Below, one piece after another: positions 48,016-57,151 of a stretch of 64,000 nt of DNA (positions are counted from its first letter, which is position 1; each line of letters opens with the position of its first letter). A model generated the notes under the pieces. The model was given only the letters and a program-made list of their open reading frames with translations. It had not been told where the DNA came from and ran no database searches. The position numbers were made by a program, and so were the translations under genes. Location of the stretch: assembly GCA_965371785.1 (NCBI GenBank), contig CBDUZS010000004.1, forward strand, positions 1,963 to 65,962, read 5' to 3'. This DNA is from an uncultured bacterium. GTDB lineage: Bacteria > Fermentibacterota > Fermentibacteria > Fermentibacterales > JCC-6.

Positions 48016-50763
48016 TCATTGTGCCCTTAGCCGCAGTCTTCTTCGCTTACTGGATTTCAGCAGTTCGAACACTCCCAGAAAGATACCGGCAGCACCGAGC
48101 ACGTAGAGCCAGTCCTGAAAACCCGGACCGGCAAAGTGCAGGAAATCACTGATGAAAGGTCCATAGACACCCAGCAGGATGAACCCGATTGAGGCAACTA
48201 TTGACCAAAGGAGAATCCTGTTCTCGAAGAAATTACGATTGAAGATCGATGTGCAGTCGTACCTTCTCGAGAGAACGTTGGCGAACTGACAGAAACCGAT
48301 GGTCAGGTAACTGAGGGTTGTGGCACGAGCGTAGTGGATTTCCGCGCTTGAAGAAAGGTCTTTTCGTGCCATGTAAAGAGCGAAATTAGCGAAAGCCAGC
48401 CCCCCTATGAGCACACCGAGAAGCGCAACTTCGACCGAACTCCTTTTGCCCATGATGTGGCAGCTCTGATCACGGGGTGAAGACTCCATCGTTCCCTTTG
48501 ATGAAGGATCGAATGTCAGGCATGTAAGCGGCATTACTTCTGCGAGCAGATCTATGGCCAGGATCTGGATTGCAAGAATGGGAATCGCCCAGTCCCCGAT
48601 GGCAACCGCCGCAAGGCCCAGGAGGACGATGGCAAGTTCCGCACCGTTAGTCGTCATCGATGCCAGAACGGTCTTCTTGAGATTGGCGTAGATCGTACGG
48701 CCTTCCCTGATAGCTTCCACGAGTGTAGGGAAACTGTCATCGAGAAGCACGAGCTCTGCGGCTTCCTTCGCGACATCGGTTCCCGTCTGACCCATGGCAA
48801 CTCCGATATCGGCTCTCTTCAAAGCCGGGGCGTCGTTGACTCCGTCGCCCGTAACCGCGACAACTTCGCCCTGGGCTTCGAGAAGCTCCACGATTCTCAG
48901 TTTGTGCTCGGGATTGACCCTTGAAAATATCACTGCCTCGTGTGACTCAAGAATCCCGCTCAGCTCGGTATCATCCATCTTCTCGAGCTGCACTCCCGTA
49001 TACACCTTCGGCTCACCGGTAAGAGATAATCCGATTTCCCTGCCTACTGCCTGTGCGGTGATCGAGTGATCTCCCGTCATGATGAAGATCCTGATCTGAG
49101 CCTTATGACACGCCGCAATTGCCTCCCGGACACCTTCCTTGGGAGGATCGGTCATGCCGACGAGCCCGAGGAATACGACATCCTTCTCGATCTCTTCGAT
49201 GTTGTAATCATCACCGTTGATTTCCAGCGGACGGAATGCTATCGCAAGCACGCGAAGAGCCTGCCGTGAATACTCTTCGTTCATCTCACGAATTCTCTGT
49301 TCGTCCTCCTCCGTGATTGGAACCATCTCACCGTTTCTGTAGATGTACTTCGAAATGGACAGAACACTGTCCGTAGCACCCTTCATTGCAAGCTGAATTC
49401 GATCGCCGAATCTGCGGACCGAGCTCATCCGCTTACGCTCTGAATCGAAGGGAAACTCGAACAGCTCCGGATTCTCCTCGTCCTCCGTCGGGCTGCGGGT
49501 ACCGATCTTGGTGGACATCGCAACCAGCGCTGCTTCGGTGGGATCACCGATAGGATACCAGCCGGCATGATCCTCATCGGGCGGATGTATCTCGGCATTG
49601 GATGCCATGGTCCCCGCATCCATCATTATCTCTATCCCGGCTATCTGCTCTCTCGAGAGCGGGACTCCCTCGCCGTCCTGTATCTCCCCCTCGGGAGCGT
49701 AACCGACACCCGTGATTCCATACTCTCTGCCGTCGAACCAGACGGTGGTCGCAGTCATCTCGTTCTTCGTGAGCGTGCCGGTTTTATCGGTACATATCAC
49801 CGTTGTCGAGCCGAGCGTTTCCACAGAGGGAAGATTCTTCACAACCGCATTTCTGTCCGCCAGCCGGTTGCTTGCTGCCGTAAGCGCTACGGTGACCTGG
49901 GCAGGCAGAGCCTGGGGTACTGCCGCAACTGCGACTCCCAGTGCGAGTATCATGCTCGTAAGAATCGTAAACCCCTGCCAGACCGCAACTGCAAAAAGCC
50001 CAACGCTGATCAGGAAAACGATGATCGTGAGCCATTTTGCCAGAATACCAAGCTCCTTCTGAAGTGGAGATTTTACGGTGGTTATCTTCTGGGTCATGCT
50101 GGCGATCTTGCCCATCTCGGTATCCATGCCGGTTCGAACGACAACTCCCAGTGCACTTCCCGTGGCTACCGTCGTCCCCGTGAAGGCCATGTTCTCCCTG
50201 TCGGCAAGGATACACTCCTCGTGAATTGCAGTGCTGTTCTTTTCCTGGGGCATCGATTCCCCGGTCAGTGAGAATTCGATGGTTCGGAAATCAAAGGATT
50301 CCAGAATACGCAGATCGGCGGGGATCTTGTCACCTGCATCTATCTCCACCACATCACCCGGTACGAGCATCGACTGCGAAACTTCCTGCAGCTCGCCATC
50401 CACCATGATCTTGGTTGGTGACTTTATCAGCTCTTTCAGCCGCTCCAGAATCTTGCTGGCCTTGTACTCCTGAGCGAAACCGATCGCTGCGTTTATGAGT
50501 ACGATCAGGAACATCACAATTCCGTCACTGAAGCTGCCGATAGCGATCGATATCGTTCCCGCGATGATCAACACGATAACCAACAGGTTCCGGAACTGTG
50601 TCAGGAAGAGAAGCCACTTTGGAATGGCGGTATCGGCGATTATCTCGTTCAGACCGTATTCCTCGCGGTAACGCTCCGCGGTCTTCCGGGGCAACCCCTT
50701 TTCAGTGGATTCAAGAGCATCGAGGGTTTCACGTGCGGTCATTCTGTAGAAATCGGTGCTCAT
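48016..50763 (-). CDS. Cation-transporting P-type ATPase (P2/P3-type, Ca2+/Mg2+-like)
   Basis: DKTGTLT phosphorylation motif. TGDHSITAQAVGREIG. GDGVNDAPALKRADIGVAMG. About 10 TM segments. 915 aa. Confidence 0.85.
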   Translation of the reverse strand: MSTDFYRMTARETLDALESTEKGLPRKTAERYREEYGLNEIIADTAIPKWLLFLTQFRNLLVIVLIIAGTISIAIGSFSDGIVMFLIVLINAAIGFAQEYKASKILERLKELIKSPTKIMVDGELQEVSQSMLVPGDVVEIDAGDKIPADLRILESFDFRTIEFSLTGESMPQEKNSTAIHEECILADRENMAFTGTTVATGSALGVVVRTGMDTEMGKIASMTQKITTVKSPLQKELGILAKWLTIIVFLISVGLFAVAVWQGFTILTSMILALGVAVAAVPQALPAQVTVALTAASNRLADRNAVVKNLPSVETLGSTTVICTDKTGTLTKNEMTATTVWFDGREYGITGVGYAPEGEIQDGEGVPLSREQIAGIEIMMDAGTMASNAEIHPPDEDHAGWYPIGDPTEAALVAMSTKIGTRSPTEDEENPELFEFPFDSERKRMSSVRRFGDRIQLAMKGATDSVLSISKYIYRNGEMVPITEEDEQRIREMNEEYSRQALRVLAIAFRPLEINGDDYNIEEIEKDVVFLGLVGMTDPPKEGVREAIAACHKAQIRIFIMTGDHSITAQAVGREIGLSLTGEPKVYTGVQLEKMDDTELSGILESHEAVIFSRVNPEHKLRIVELLEAQGEVVAVTGDGVNDAPALKRADIGVAMGQTGTDVAKEAAELVLLDDSFPTLVEAIREGRTIYANLKKTVLASMTTNGAELAIVLLGLAAVAIGDWAIPILAIQILAIDLLAEVMPLTCLTFDPSSKGTMESSPRDQSCHIMGKRSSVEVALLGVLIGGLAFANFALYMARKDLSSSAEIHYARATTLSYLTIGFCQFANVLSRRYDCTSIFNRNFFENRILLWSIVASIGFILLGVYGPFISDFLHFAGPGFQDWLYVLGAAGIFLGVFELLKSSKRRRLRLRAQ

Positions 50764-50882
50764 TCGCTTCGGGGCCCGTCAGGTTTACATTGGACTCGAT
50801 GTCGCTTCAGACTTTGCCGATGTACTCGATTGTGATTACCGGTTCTGAGTTCATGCATACGGAACTGCTGCAGGAATGTGGA

Positions 50883-51086
50883 TCAGAAGATGAACATCGA
50901 AACAGTGAGAGTGACGAAGATGAACCATGTAACCTGGTTCCGCAGGTGCTCGGAGGAGGTATCGGAGTTCAATCGGATTGAGTGCCACGAATCGCTTTCC
51001 GGTTCTCCGGCAAGACGCAAAACCTCGCTACCGTTTGATTTACCATTACTTGCTGCAGAGAGATGAGCGTTCTCATCCGCCATCAA
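50883..51086 (-). CDS. Candidate leader-encoded small protein (67 aa) upstream of the P-type ATPase
   Basis: GGAGGGG RBS 8 nt before the ATG. The C-terminal segment is hydrophobic (VTWFIFVTLTVSMFIF). It lies inside the ~360-nt 5' leader. It may be a spurious ORF. Confidence 0.25.
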   Translation of the reverse strand: MMADENAHLSAASNGKSNGSEVLRLAGEPESDSWHSIRLNSDTSSEHLRNQVTWFIFVTLTVSMFIF

Positions 51087-51130
51087 GGAATCCCCTCCGG
51101 TTCGTATGCAGCAGAGCAGAATTAATCACA

Positions 51131-51159
51131 TTTATACTCTTTTCCCTGTAGAGGTCCAA
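51131..51159 (-). promoter_or_regulatory. Sigma-70-like promoter (TTGGAC-17 nt-TATAAA) reading toward the P-type ATPase
   Basis: Minus-strand -35 TTGGAC at 51154-51159 and -10 TATAAA at 51131-51136 with 17-nt spacing. Predicted by eye only. Confidence 0.35.
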
Positions 51160-51221
51160 CATGGTATTTCCAGGCTGAACATGAGGGGCTTTCGAAGGCT
51201 GGAATCAAAGGTCCGAGGGGA

Positions 51222-51458
51222 TCACTTCCCTTCCCTATCGGTTTTCAGATCGGACCTGTTCTTCTTCCTGTGGTGTTCGAAACTGCTGAGCATCCAGCCG
51301 ATGACGGTACCGGTTGCGATGAACAGGAAAACCAGAAGAGCCCCCGACATGGAAACGGACCAGAAGAGGAATCGAATCTCAATTACTGCTACATTCTGAA
51401 CGATGAATACGATGGTCAGGGCAGCAAGAATCAGCAGCAGAACCAGTCTTGAATTCAT
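51222..51458 (-). CDS. LapA-like (DUF1049) small inner-membrane protein
   Basis: 78 aa. Two TM helices with the characteristic IRFLFWSVSMSGALLVFLF...GWMLS pattern. Confidence 0.55.
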   Translation of the reverse strand: MNSRLVLLLILAALTIVFIVQNVAVIEIRFLFWSVSMSGALLVFLFIATGTVIGWMLSSFEHHRKKNRSDLKTDREGK

Positions 51459-51525
51459 ACGTCTGTTTCACCTTTCAATCGGGGGTATTGAATAACCGTT
51501 GGATCCAGCCGGTAACCAGACCTCT

Positions 51526-52227
51526 TCACCTTCCTCTCTCGAGAGCAGATTCCTGTGTCCCTTTGCCTTTTCCTTTGCTCCTCGACATTCTCAACAGGAA
51601 GAGAGTCATACCCGCCAGTGAGATGAGAAACAGAGGCCAGCTGAAACCGGAAGGTCGCACCTGACTCAGGGCTTCGATACCGGCAGGCAATGCATGCAGA
51701 GCATCCTTCATGAACACGTACAGAGCCAGCAACGTACTGAAGGCGATAACGATCAGATCAACGAGCGTAAACCTCAGCTTCTGTTCCCGTTCAGTCTTCA
51801 AGACGGCTATCCCTCCCCCTGCGACCATCATCACGGCAATGAGCAGTGGGGACAACACAGGACCCCACCATGGAAGCGGTATCAGAAAGAGCAGGTCCCA
51901 GTCGAGCAGAGACTTCGGCCATCCTATGAAGATTGCCAGCCAGATGTAGTAGAAAATATCCCACAAACCAAACGCGAACACGGAATAGCCGACCCTGTCC
52001 TGCCACCGTCGTCCGGCAATCCAGCCTATCAGTACGAGGATTATCAGGGTGACAGCTTCTCGACCAATCTCAATAACGGTGTACAGGTCGGTCATGAGCG
52101 GAATATCCTGCAGCAGATCTTCTATCCCGTACATGGCCCGGAGGTATACGACGACTGCAGCTTCGAGATAGGCCATCATTACAGCCAACAGCCCAACCTG
52201 AATAAGTCTAGGTCCCGGTTTCGTCAT
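51526..52227 (-). CDS. Integral membrane protein of unknown function
   Basis: 233 aa. 6-7 hydrophobic segments. Basic C-terminal tail. Confidence 0.5.
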   Translation of the reverse strand: MTKPGPRLIQVGLLAVMMAYLEAAVVVYLRAMYGIEDLLQDIPLMTDLYTVIEIGREAVTLIILVLIGWIAGRRWQDRVGYSVFAFGLWDIFYYIWLAIFIGWPKSLLDWDLLFLIPLPWWGPVLSPLLIAVMMVAGGGIAVLKTEREQKLRFTLVDLIVIAFSTLLALYVFMKDALHALPAGIEALSQVRPSGFSWPLFLISLAGMTLFLLRMSRSKGKGKGTQESALERGR

Positions 52228-52243
52228 TCCCTTGCCAGTTCAC

Positions 52244-53434
52244 TCACATTAGGCTGATAAGAGAGTTCCAGCGATCCATCTCGGTATCTGCAGGCAAACC
52301 CTTTCCGGCAAGAAAGGATACGATTTCCACGTCATTGAATCTCAGGAACGGGTCAATTCTCTTCTCAAGTTCGAGTGTTGCCCGTACGTGAGCAGGGTCG
52401 TAGTCAGCCATGTAGGAATCGAAGAACAGGTTTTCGGGATCGAGTCGACGAGCGAACTCAATGTACTCCTCCACGTAGTCATGACCGGCGTATACAACCG
52501 TCTCCCCCGGGAGTTCGAGAAGCTTGCCGATGGACTGGAAAAAGGAGACGAGATCATCGGTAAAACACCTGCCTACCTTGCCGTTGAACAGAGTGTCACC
52601 TGAAACGAGCACGTTGTCGAAGTAGAAGCAAACCGAATCCTCTGTGTGGCCCGGTGTATGAATCACACGGATTCTTTCACCATCGAGTTCTACGAAACCC
52701 ATTGCGAGAAGGGCTTCAGTGCTCAGAAATTCTGCGCCCGACTGCTCGAGAAGAGCTCGATTCCCGGTTGTATGATCGCAATGGGAATGAGTGTTGGTGA
52801 CGTATAAGAGCTCGAGATCTTTCGTTCGTACAAAATCCAGAATCTGTTCGACGGCTCCGCCGTCGACTGCCATGGCGGACCGGTTTCCGTAGATCAGATA
52901 ACCCAGATTATCTGCGGAGTATCGGAACTGTTTGATCTTCATTGTACCCCCTGGTCTTCCGTTATCGGATTCCATCAGGTCAAGCTCCCAGTAGACGACA
53001 CCGGAAAGAGGATTCTCGTAGTACGTGTCACATTCGAGGAAGCCCATCGATTCGTAGAGCTTCATCGCACTTTTCAATCTGTCAAGCGTATCCAGGCGCA
53101 TGGTGGAGTAGCCTGATTCAATTGCCGTCTTCACCACGCTGTTCGCCAGTTTCCTTCCGAGCCCCCTCCCCCTGAATTCAGGCCTGACGTACAGCCGCTT
53201 CACCTCGCAGATCCCATCTTCCAGCTTTCTGAGTGCGACGCATCCTGCAGCACCCACTCTTCCGAGCGCTATCAGAAGGGCTCCGTCTGGAGGGGAGTAC
53301 TTCCCGGGAAGTCCTGCCAGCTCCTCCTCGAACCCCTGAAAACAGAGATCCACGTTCAGAAAGGTTTCGTACTCCCGGAACAGAACGCGAACCTCTTCGA
53401 TTTCCTCGACGGTCCTGGCTTGAAGTATCTCCAT
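52244..53434 (-). CDS. GNAT N-acetyltransferase fused to an MBL-fold metallo-hydrolase (glyoxalase II-like)
   Basis: The start is ATG 53434 (MEILQART). GNAT motif RPEFRGRGLGRKL. MBL motifs THSHCDHTTGN, HTPGHT and GDTLF. Confidence 0.7.
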   Translation of the reverse strand: MEILQARTVEEIEEVRVLFREYETFLNVDLCFQGFEEELAGLPGKYSPPDGALLIALGRVGAAGCVALRKLEDGICEVKRLYVRPEFRGRGLGRKLANSVVKTAIESGYSTMRLDTLDRLKSAMKLYESMGFLECDTYYENPLSGVVYWELDLMESDNGRPGGTMKIKQFRYSADNLGYLIYGNRSAMAVDGGAVEQILDFVRTKDLELLYVTNTHSHCDHTTGNRALLEQSGAEFLSTEALLAMGFVELDGERIRVIHTPGHTEDSVCFYFDNVLVSGDTLFNGKVGRCFTDDLVSFFQSIGKLLELPGETVVYAGHDYVEEYIEFARRLDPENLFFDSYMADYDPAHVRATLELEKRIDPFLRFNDVEIVSFLAGKGLPADTEMDRWNSLISLM

Positions 53435-53658
53435 GAAATCACCCCGGTTGACTATTCGGTTACCACGATCCTGGTCGTACTCTATGACTTCTTCAGACGG
53501 AGAACCATCCCATTTGCCTGATCGGATTATCAAATGACCGTTCATCCCTTGCATCAGCTCAATTAACATGGGAACCTGTCACAGGTTCGGCATTGAGGAA
53601 ACATACTGCGTCGATCGGAGTAGAAAGAGAAATAAGATACACGGAGAGTAGGGAAATA

Positions 53659-53901
53659 ATGAAAGAAGAGGACAGAAAGAAGATTGAGGAAATCGTTGAC
53701 GGAATGCAGTGTCCCAGAGATTTTATATGCGTGGAGTCCGGTTTCGAGCGTATGTGCCAGGCAAAGGATTTCGGGCTGGAAAGCTACCTGGAATGCCTGG
53801 ATGACAATCCCCAGGGTTGTCCTTTTTCCCTTTCTTTTGGAGAGGGGCACTTCTGCCAGTGTCCATTACGCGTGTATCTCAGCAAGAAACTGAAGAGGTA
53901 G
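53659..53901 (+). CDS. Small Cys-rich protein (80 aa, 8 Cys)
   Basis: GGAGAGTAGGG before ATG 53659. CPRDFIC ... C ... C ... CPFS ... CQCP. Confidence 0.4.
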   Translation: MKEEDRKKIEEIVDGMQCPRDFICVESGFERMCQAKDFGLESYLECLDDNPQGCPFSLSFGEGHFCQCPLRVYLSKKLKR

Positions 53902-54198
53902 TCGAACAAAGCCTGATGACTGCGAGATTCGGCAACTCGATCCATTGATCGGCAGAGTAAAAAGCACTCAGGTCCTGACTAACACATTCATTTGCGACCT
54001 GTTATCATATCTTTCTGAGTTGGGAAAAAGAACTGGAACCTTGTGTCTAGGAGATTCACTCAGTGGAGAAGGTTCAGGTAAACAGAACCCTTCCAGCAGA
54101 TTGCCCTCCATCAGGAGAGATTGAACCCGAATACACATTCAACAGTTTGAACCTCATGTCGCCGTTTATCCTGCAGCGACTGCACGAGGGAGTGTAAA

Positions 54199-54495
54199 AT
54201 GAAGTACTGGCGCAAGCCCCTGGACATCGACAAGGTGAAGATCCCGCACGGTACCGTCACCATCATCGCAGAAAGGTGCAAGGGTTGTGGCTTCTGTGTG
54301 GAGTACTGCCCGAAGGAAGTTCTGGTCATGTCCGAAGAGTTCAATGCAAAGGGTTATCATCCTCCCAAGGTTATCAAGGAGGGCGAATGCGTCAACTGCA
54401 ACCTCTGCGAGATGATATGCCCCGACTTCGCCATCTTCAGCGTTGAATCACCCGAAGAGGAATCACCGGAAGAGTCCGGGAACTCAGAGGAATAA
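54199..54495 (+). CDS. 2-oxoacid:ferredoxin oxidoreductase delta subunit (2x[4Fe-4S] ferredoxin)
   Basis: CKGCGFCVEYCP and CVNCNLCEMICP. The acidic C-tail is typical of PorD/KorD. Confidence 0.8.
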   Translation: MKYWRKPLDIDKVKIPHGTVTIIAERCKGCGFCVEYCPKEVLVMSEEFNAKGYHPPKVIKEGECVNCNLCEMICPDFAIFSVESPEEESPEESGNSEE

Positions 54496-54508
54496 GGAGG
54501 GAATCGCT

Positions 54509-55666
54509 GTGAAAGCAGACCCAGCAGGTGTGCTGACCGGTGTCCACTACCTGGACGGTGACTTCGCTTGCGGTGAGGGCGCGATGGCCGCGGGCTGCCG
54601 TTTCGTGGCAGGATACCCGATCACGCCCTCTACAGAAGTTGTGGAGAGGATCTCGCGGAGATTCCCATTCATGGGAGGAACGTTCATCCAGATGGAGGAC
54701 GAACTGGGGAGTATGGCAGCGGTTGTTGGCGCCGCATGGACGGGATCGAAGTCCCTGACCGTCACCAGTGGACCCGGATTCAGCCTGATGATGGAGAACA
54801 TCGGACTGGCCGCGATGATGGAAACACCCTGCGTAATCGTGAACGTTATGCGCGGGGGACCGTCTACCGGACTGCCGACGATGGTCGGGCAGGCTGACAT
54901 CATGCAGGCGCGCTGGGGTTCTCATGGCGACTACGAAATAATTGCCCTCAGCCCGCAGTCCCCTCAGGAGGCCTTCGACCTCTGCATCGAAGCCTTCAAC
55001 CTCTCGGAGGTCTACAGGGTACCGGTGATGCTGATGCTGGATGAATGCGTCGGCCACATGACCGAGAAGGTAGTGATTCCTCCGGCTTCGGAGATAGAGA
55101 TCACTCCCAGGATACTCTCCTCCAAGAGCCCTGAAGATTACTATCCCTACGATTTCGAAGGGGATTCCATTCCCGAGTTCGTCAGGGCAGGCGACGGGTA
55201 CAGGTTCCACACCACAGGACTGACCCATGACAAACGGGGTTATCCTCTAATGAGCACGGACTGCCAGGAGTGGAACGTCCGCCACCTGATAGACAAGATA
55301 CGGAACAACGTTGACAAGATCACGCGATACGATGAAGAGGATCTCGATGGAGCAGAAGTAGTGGTTCTTGCCTACGGAATCACCTCCAGGGTCACCCGCA
55401 TGGGGATCGACATGGCGAGGAAGAAGGGGGTCAAGGTCGGCTTCATAAGGCTGATCGTTATCTGGCCCTTCCCCGAGAAGCTCATCAGGGACCTCGCCTC
55501 TAAGGTCAAGGCTTTTGTTGTTCCGGAGATAAACTACGGGCAGATAGTGCTCGAGGTGGAGAGGTGCGCCGGGGACAAGGCTGAAGCGATATGCGTACCC
55601 CACGGGGGAGGCAGTGTACACGACCCGGAGTGCATCTGCAAGGCGATCATGGAGGCAGCGAAATGA
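54509..55666 (+). CDS. 2-oxoacid:ferredoxin oxidoreductase alpha subunit
   Basis: GTG 54509 with AAGGAGGG RBS. GYPITPSTE and TSGPGFSLM motifs. Confidence 0.85.
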   Translation: MKADPAGVLTGVHYLDGDFACGEGAMAAGCRFVAGYPITPSTEVVERISRRFPFMGGTFIQMEDELGSMAAVVGAAWTGSKSLTVTSGPGFSLMMENIGLAAMMETPCVIVNVMRGGPSTGLPTMVGQADIMQARWGSHGDYEIIALSPQSPQEAFDLCIEAFNLSEVYRVPVMLMLDECVGHMTEKVVIPPASEIEITPRILSSKSPEDYYPYDFEGDSIPEFVRAGDGYRFHTTGLTHDKRGYPLMSTDCQEWNVRHLIDKIRNNVDKITRYDEEDLDGAEVVVLAYGITSRVTRMGIDMARKKGVKVGFIRLIVIWPFPEKLIRDLASKVKAFVVPEINYGQIVLEVERCAGDKAEAICVPHGGGSVHDPECICKAIMEAAK

Positions 55667-56556
55667 GCGCACCAGAGTCAGGTACAGCAGCAACCGTAGA
55701 GCATCCGATATCACCATACCTCCGGATGGATCGTATTCCCCACATATGGTGTCCCACTTGCGGAATAGGCACCGTCGTCAAGTGTTTCGCAACGGCCCTG
55801 GGAGAACTGGAGATGGACCTGGACAAGTGCGCCATCGTCTCCGGAATAGGGTGTACCGGCCGGGTGGCCGGGTACATGAAACTCGATGCGTTCCACACGA
55901 CTCACGGAAGGGCGATACCATTCGCAACTGGTCTCCACCTGGGCAGACCCGAACTGAATGTTACCGTGTTCTCCGGGGACGGCGACCTGGTGGGCATCGG
56001 TGGTAACCACTTCATCCATGCCGCCAGAAGGAATATCGACCTTCTGGTGATCCTGATAAACAACTTCATCTACGCCATGACCGGCGGTCAGAACGCTCCG
56101 ACGACACCGATCTCTGCAAAGTCATCCACCATGCCCTTCGGCAATTACGAACAGCCGTTCAACATCCCCTACCTCGCTGACTGCTGCGGCGCCAACTACG
56201 TGGCACGCTGGACGAGCCTGCACATAAGAAGGGTTACCAAGGCCTTCAAGGAAGCTCTCCAGAAGAAGGGCTTCCGTCTGATCGAAGTCATAACCCCCTG
56301 CTCCACTCTCTACTCGCGGCTGAACAAGCTTGGATCCGGGCTGGATCTGATGCGTTTCTATCACGACAACGCCGAGATCCGCCATGGAGCCGACACCAGA
56401 GAGCTGGCGATTGACTTCCAGAAGAAGATCATCTGCGGCAAGTTCATCGACAGGGAGAGACCATCCTTCAGTGAAAGCAGGACCGCACACTACGAGAGAA
56501 CGCTCGGAGACAAGTTCGTTCCCATGCCCCCGGATGGGGGGTGGCTCCATGAGTAA
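55663..56556 (+). CDS. 2-oxoacid:ferredoxin oxidoreductase beta subunit (TPP-binding)
   Basis: WCPTCGIG, GIGCTGR and GDGDLVGIGGNH TPP motif. Confidence 0.85.
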   Translation: MSAPESGTAATVEHPISPYLRMDRIPHIWCPTCGIGTVVKCFATALGELEMDLDKCAIVSGIGCTGRVAGYMKLDAFHTTHGRAIPFATGLHLGRPELNVTVFSGDGDLVGIGGNHFIHAARRNIDLLVILINNFIYAMTGGQNAPTTPISAKSSTMPFGNYEQPFNIPYLADCCGANYVARWTSLHIRRVTKAFKEALQKKGFRLIEVITPCSTLYSRLNKLGSGLDLMRFYHDNAEIRHGADTRELAIDFQKKIICGKFIDRERPSFSESRTAHYERTLGDKFVPMPPDGGWLHE

Positions 56557-57148
56557 GAGGATCGAAATACGCATTACCGGGTTCGGAGGACAGGGCGTCG
56601 TGCTCTCAGGTCATATCGTCGGGCGTGCTTTTGCAGTCGAAGCCGGACACCACGCAACCATGATACAGAGCTTCGGTCCCGAAGCACGTGGTTCCGCGTG
56701 CAGCACCACACTCACCCTTTCAGATACCGAGGTGCTCTACCCGTACATACACAGGCCGGACTTCTTCGTCGTCATGTCCTCCGAGGGCTACGACAAGTTC
56801 AGAGACGAACTCAAACCAAAGGGCATCCTGTGCTACGAAAAGGATCTCGTGAAGCCTGAACTGAAAAAGGGCCAGCCCTCCTATGGGATATCCTCGACGA
56901 GAATCGCCGAGTCACTGGGCAGGACTATTGTACAGAACATAGTGATGGTCGGTTTCTTTGCCGCAGCTTCAGGGATCGTCAGCCGTTTACAGATGCGGAG
57001 CTCGGTGGAGCATTCCGTTCCTCCAGGCACGGAGGAGCTGAACCTCAAAGCATTCGACGCCGGCTGGAACTACTTTCAGGAGGAGTACGGCAAGGGGAAA
57101 ACCGGCAGTGCGAAAAAGAAGTCAGCCGGAACGAAGAAGACTGGATAG
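56549..57148 (+). CDS. 2-oxoacid:ferredoxin oxidoreductase gamma subunit
   Basis: ATG 56549 (MSKRIEIRITGFGGQGVV) overlaps the beta-subunit stop. Lys-rich C-terminus. Confidence 0.8.
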   Translation: MSKRIEIRITGFGGQGVVLSGHIVGRAFAVEAGHHATMIQSFGPEARGSACSTTLTLSDTEVLYPYIHRPDFFVVMSSEGYDKFRDELKPKGILCYEKDLVKPELKKGQPSYGISSTRIAESLGRTIVQNIVMVGFFAAASGIVSRLQMRSSVEHSVPPGTEELNLKAFDAGWNYFQEEYGKGKTGSAKKKSAGTKKTG

Positions 57149-57151
57149 CAT

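Noticed and set aside
54437-55228. Minus-strand 263-aa ORF
   Set aside because: It is antisense to the alpha subunit of the 2-oxoacid:ferredoxin oxidoreductase.
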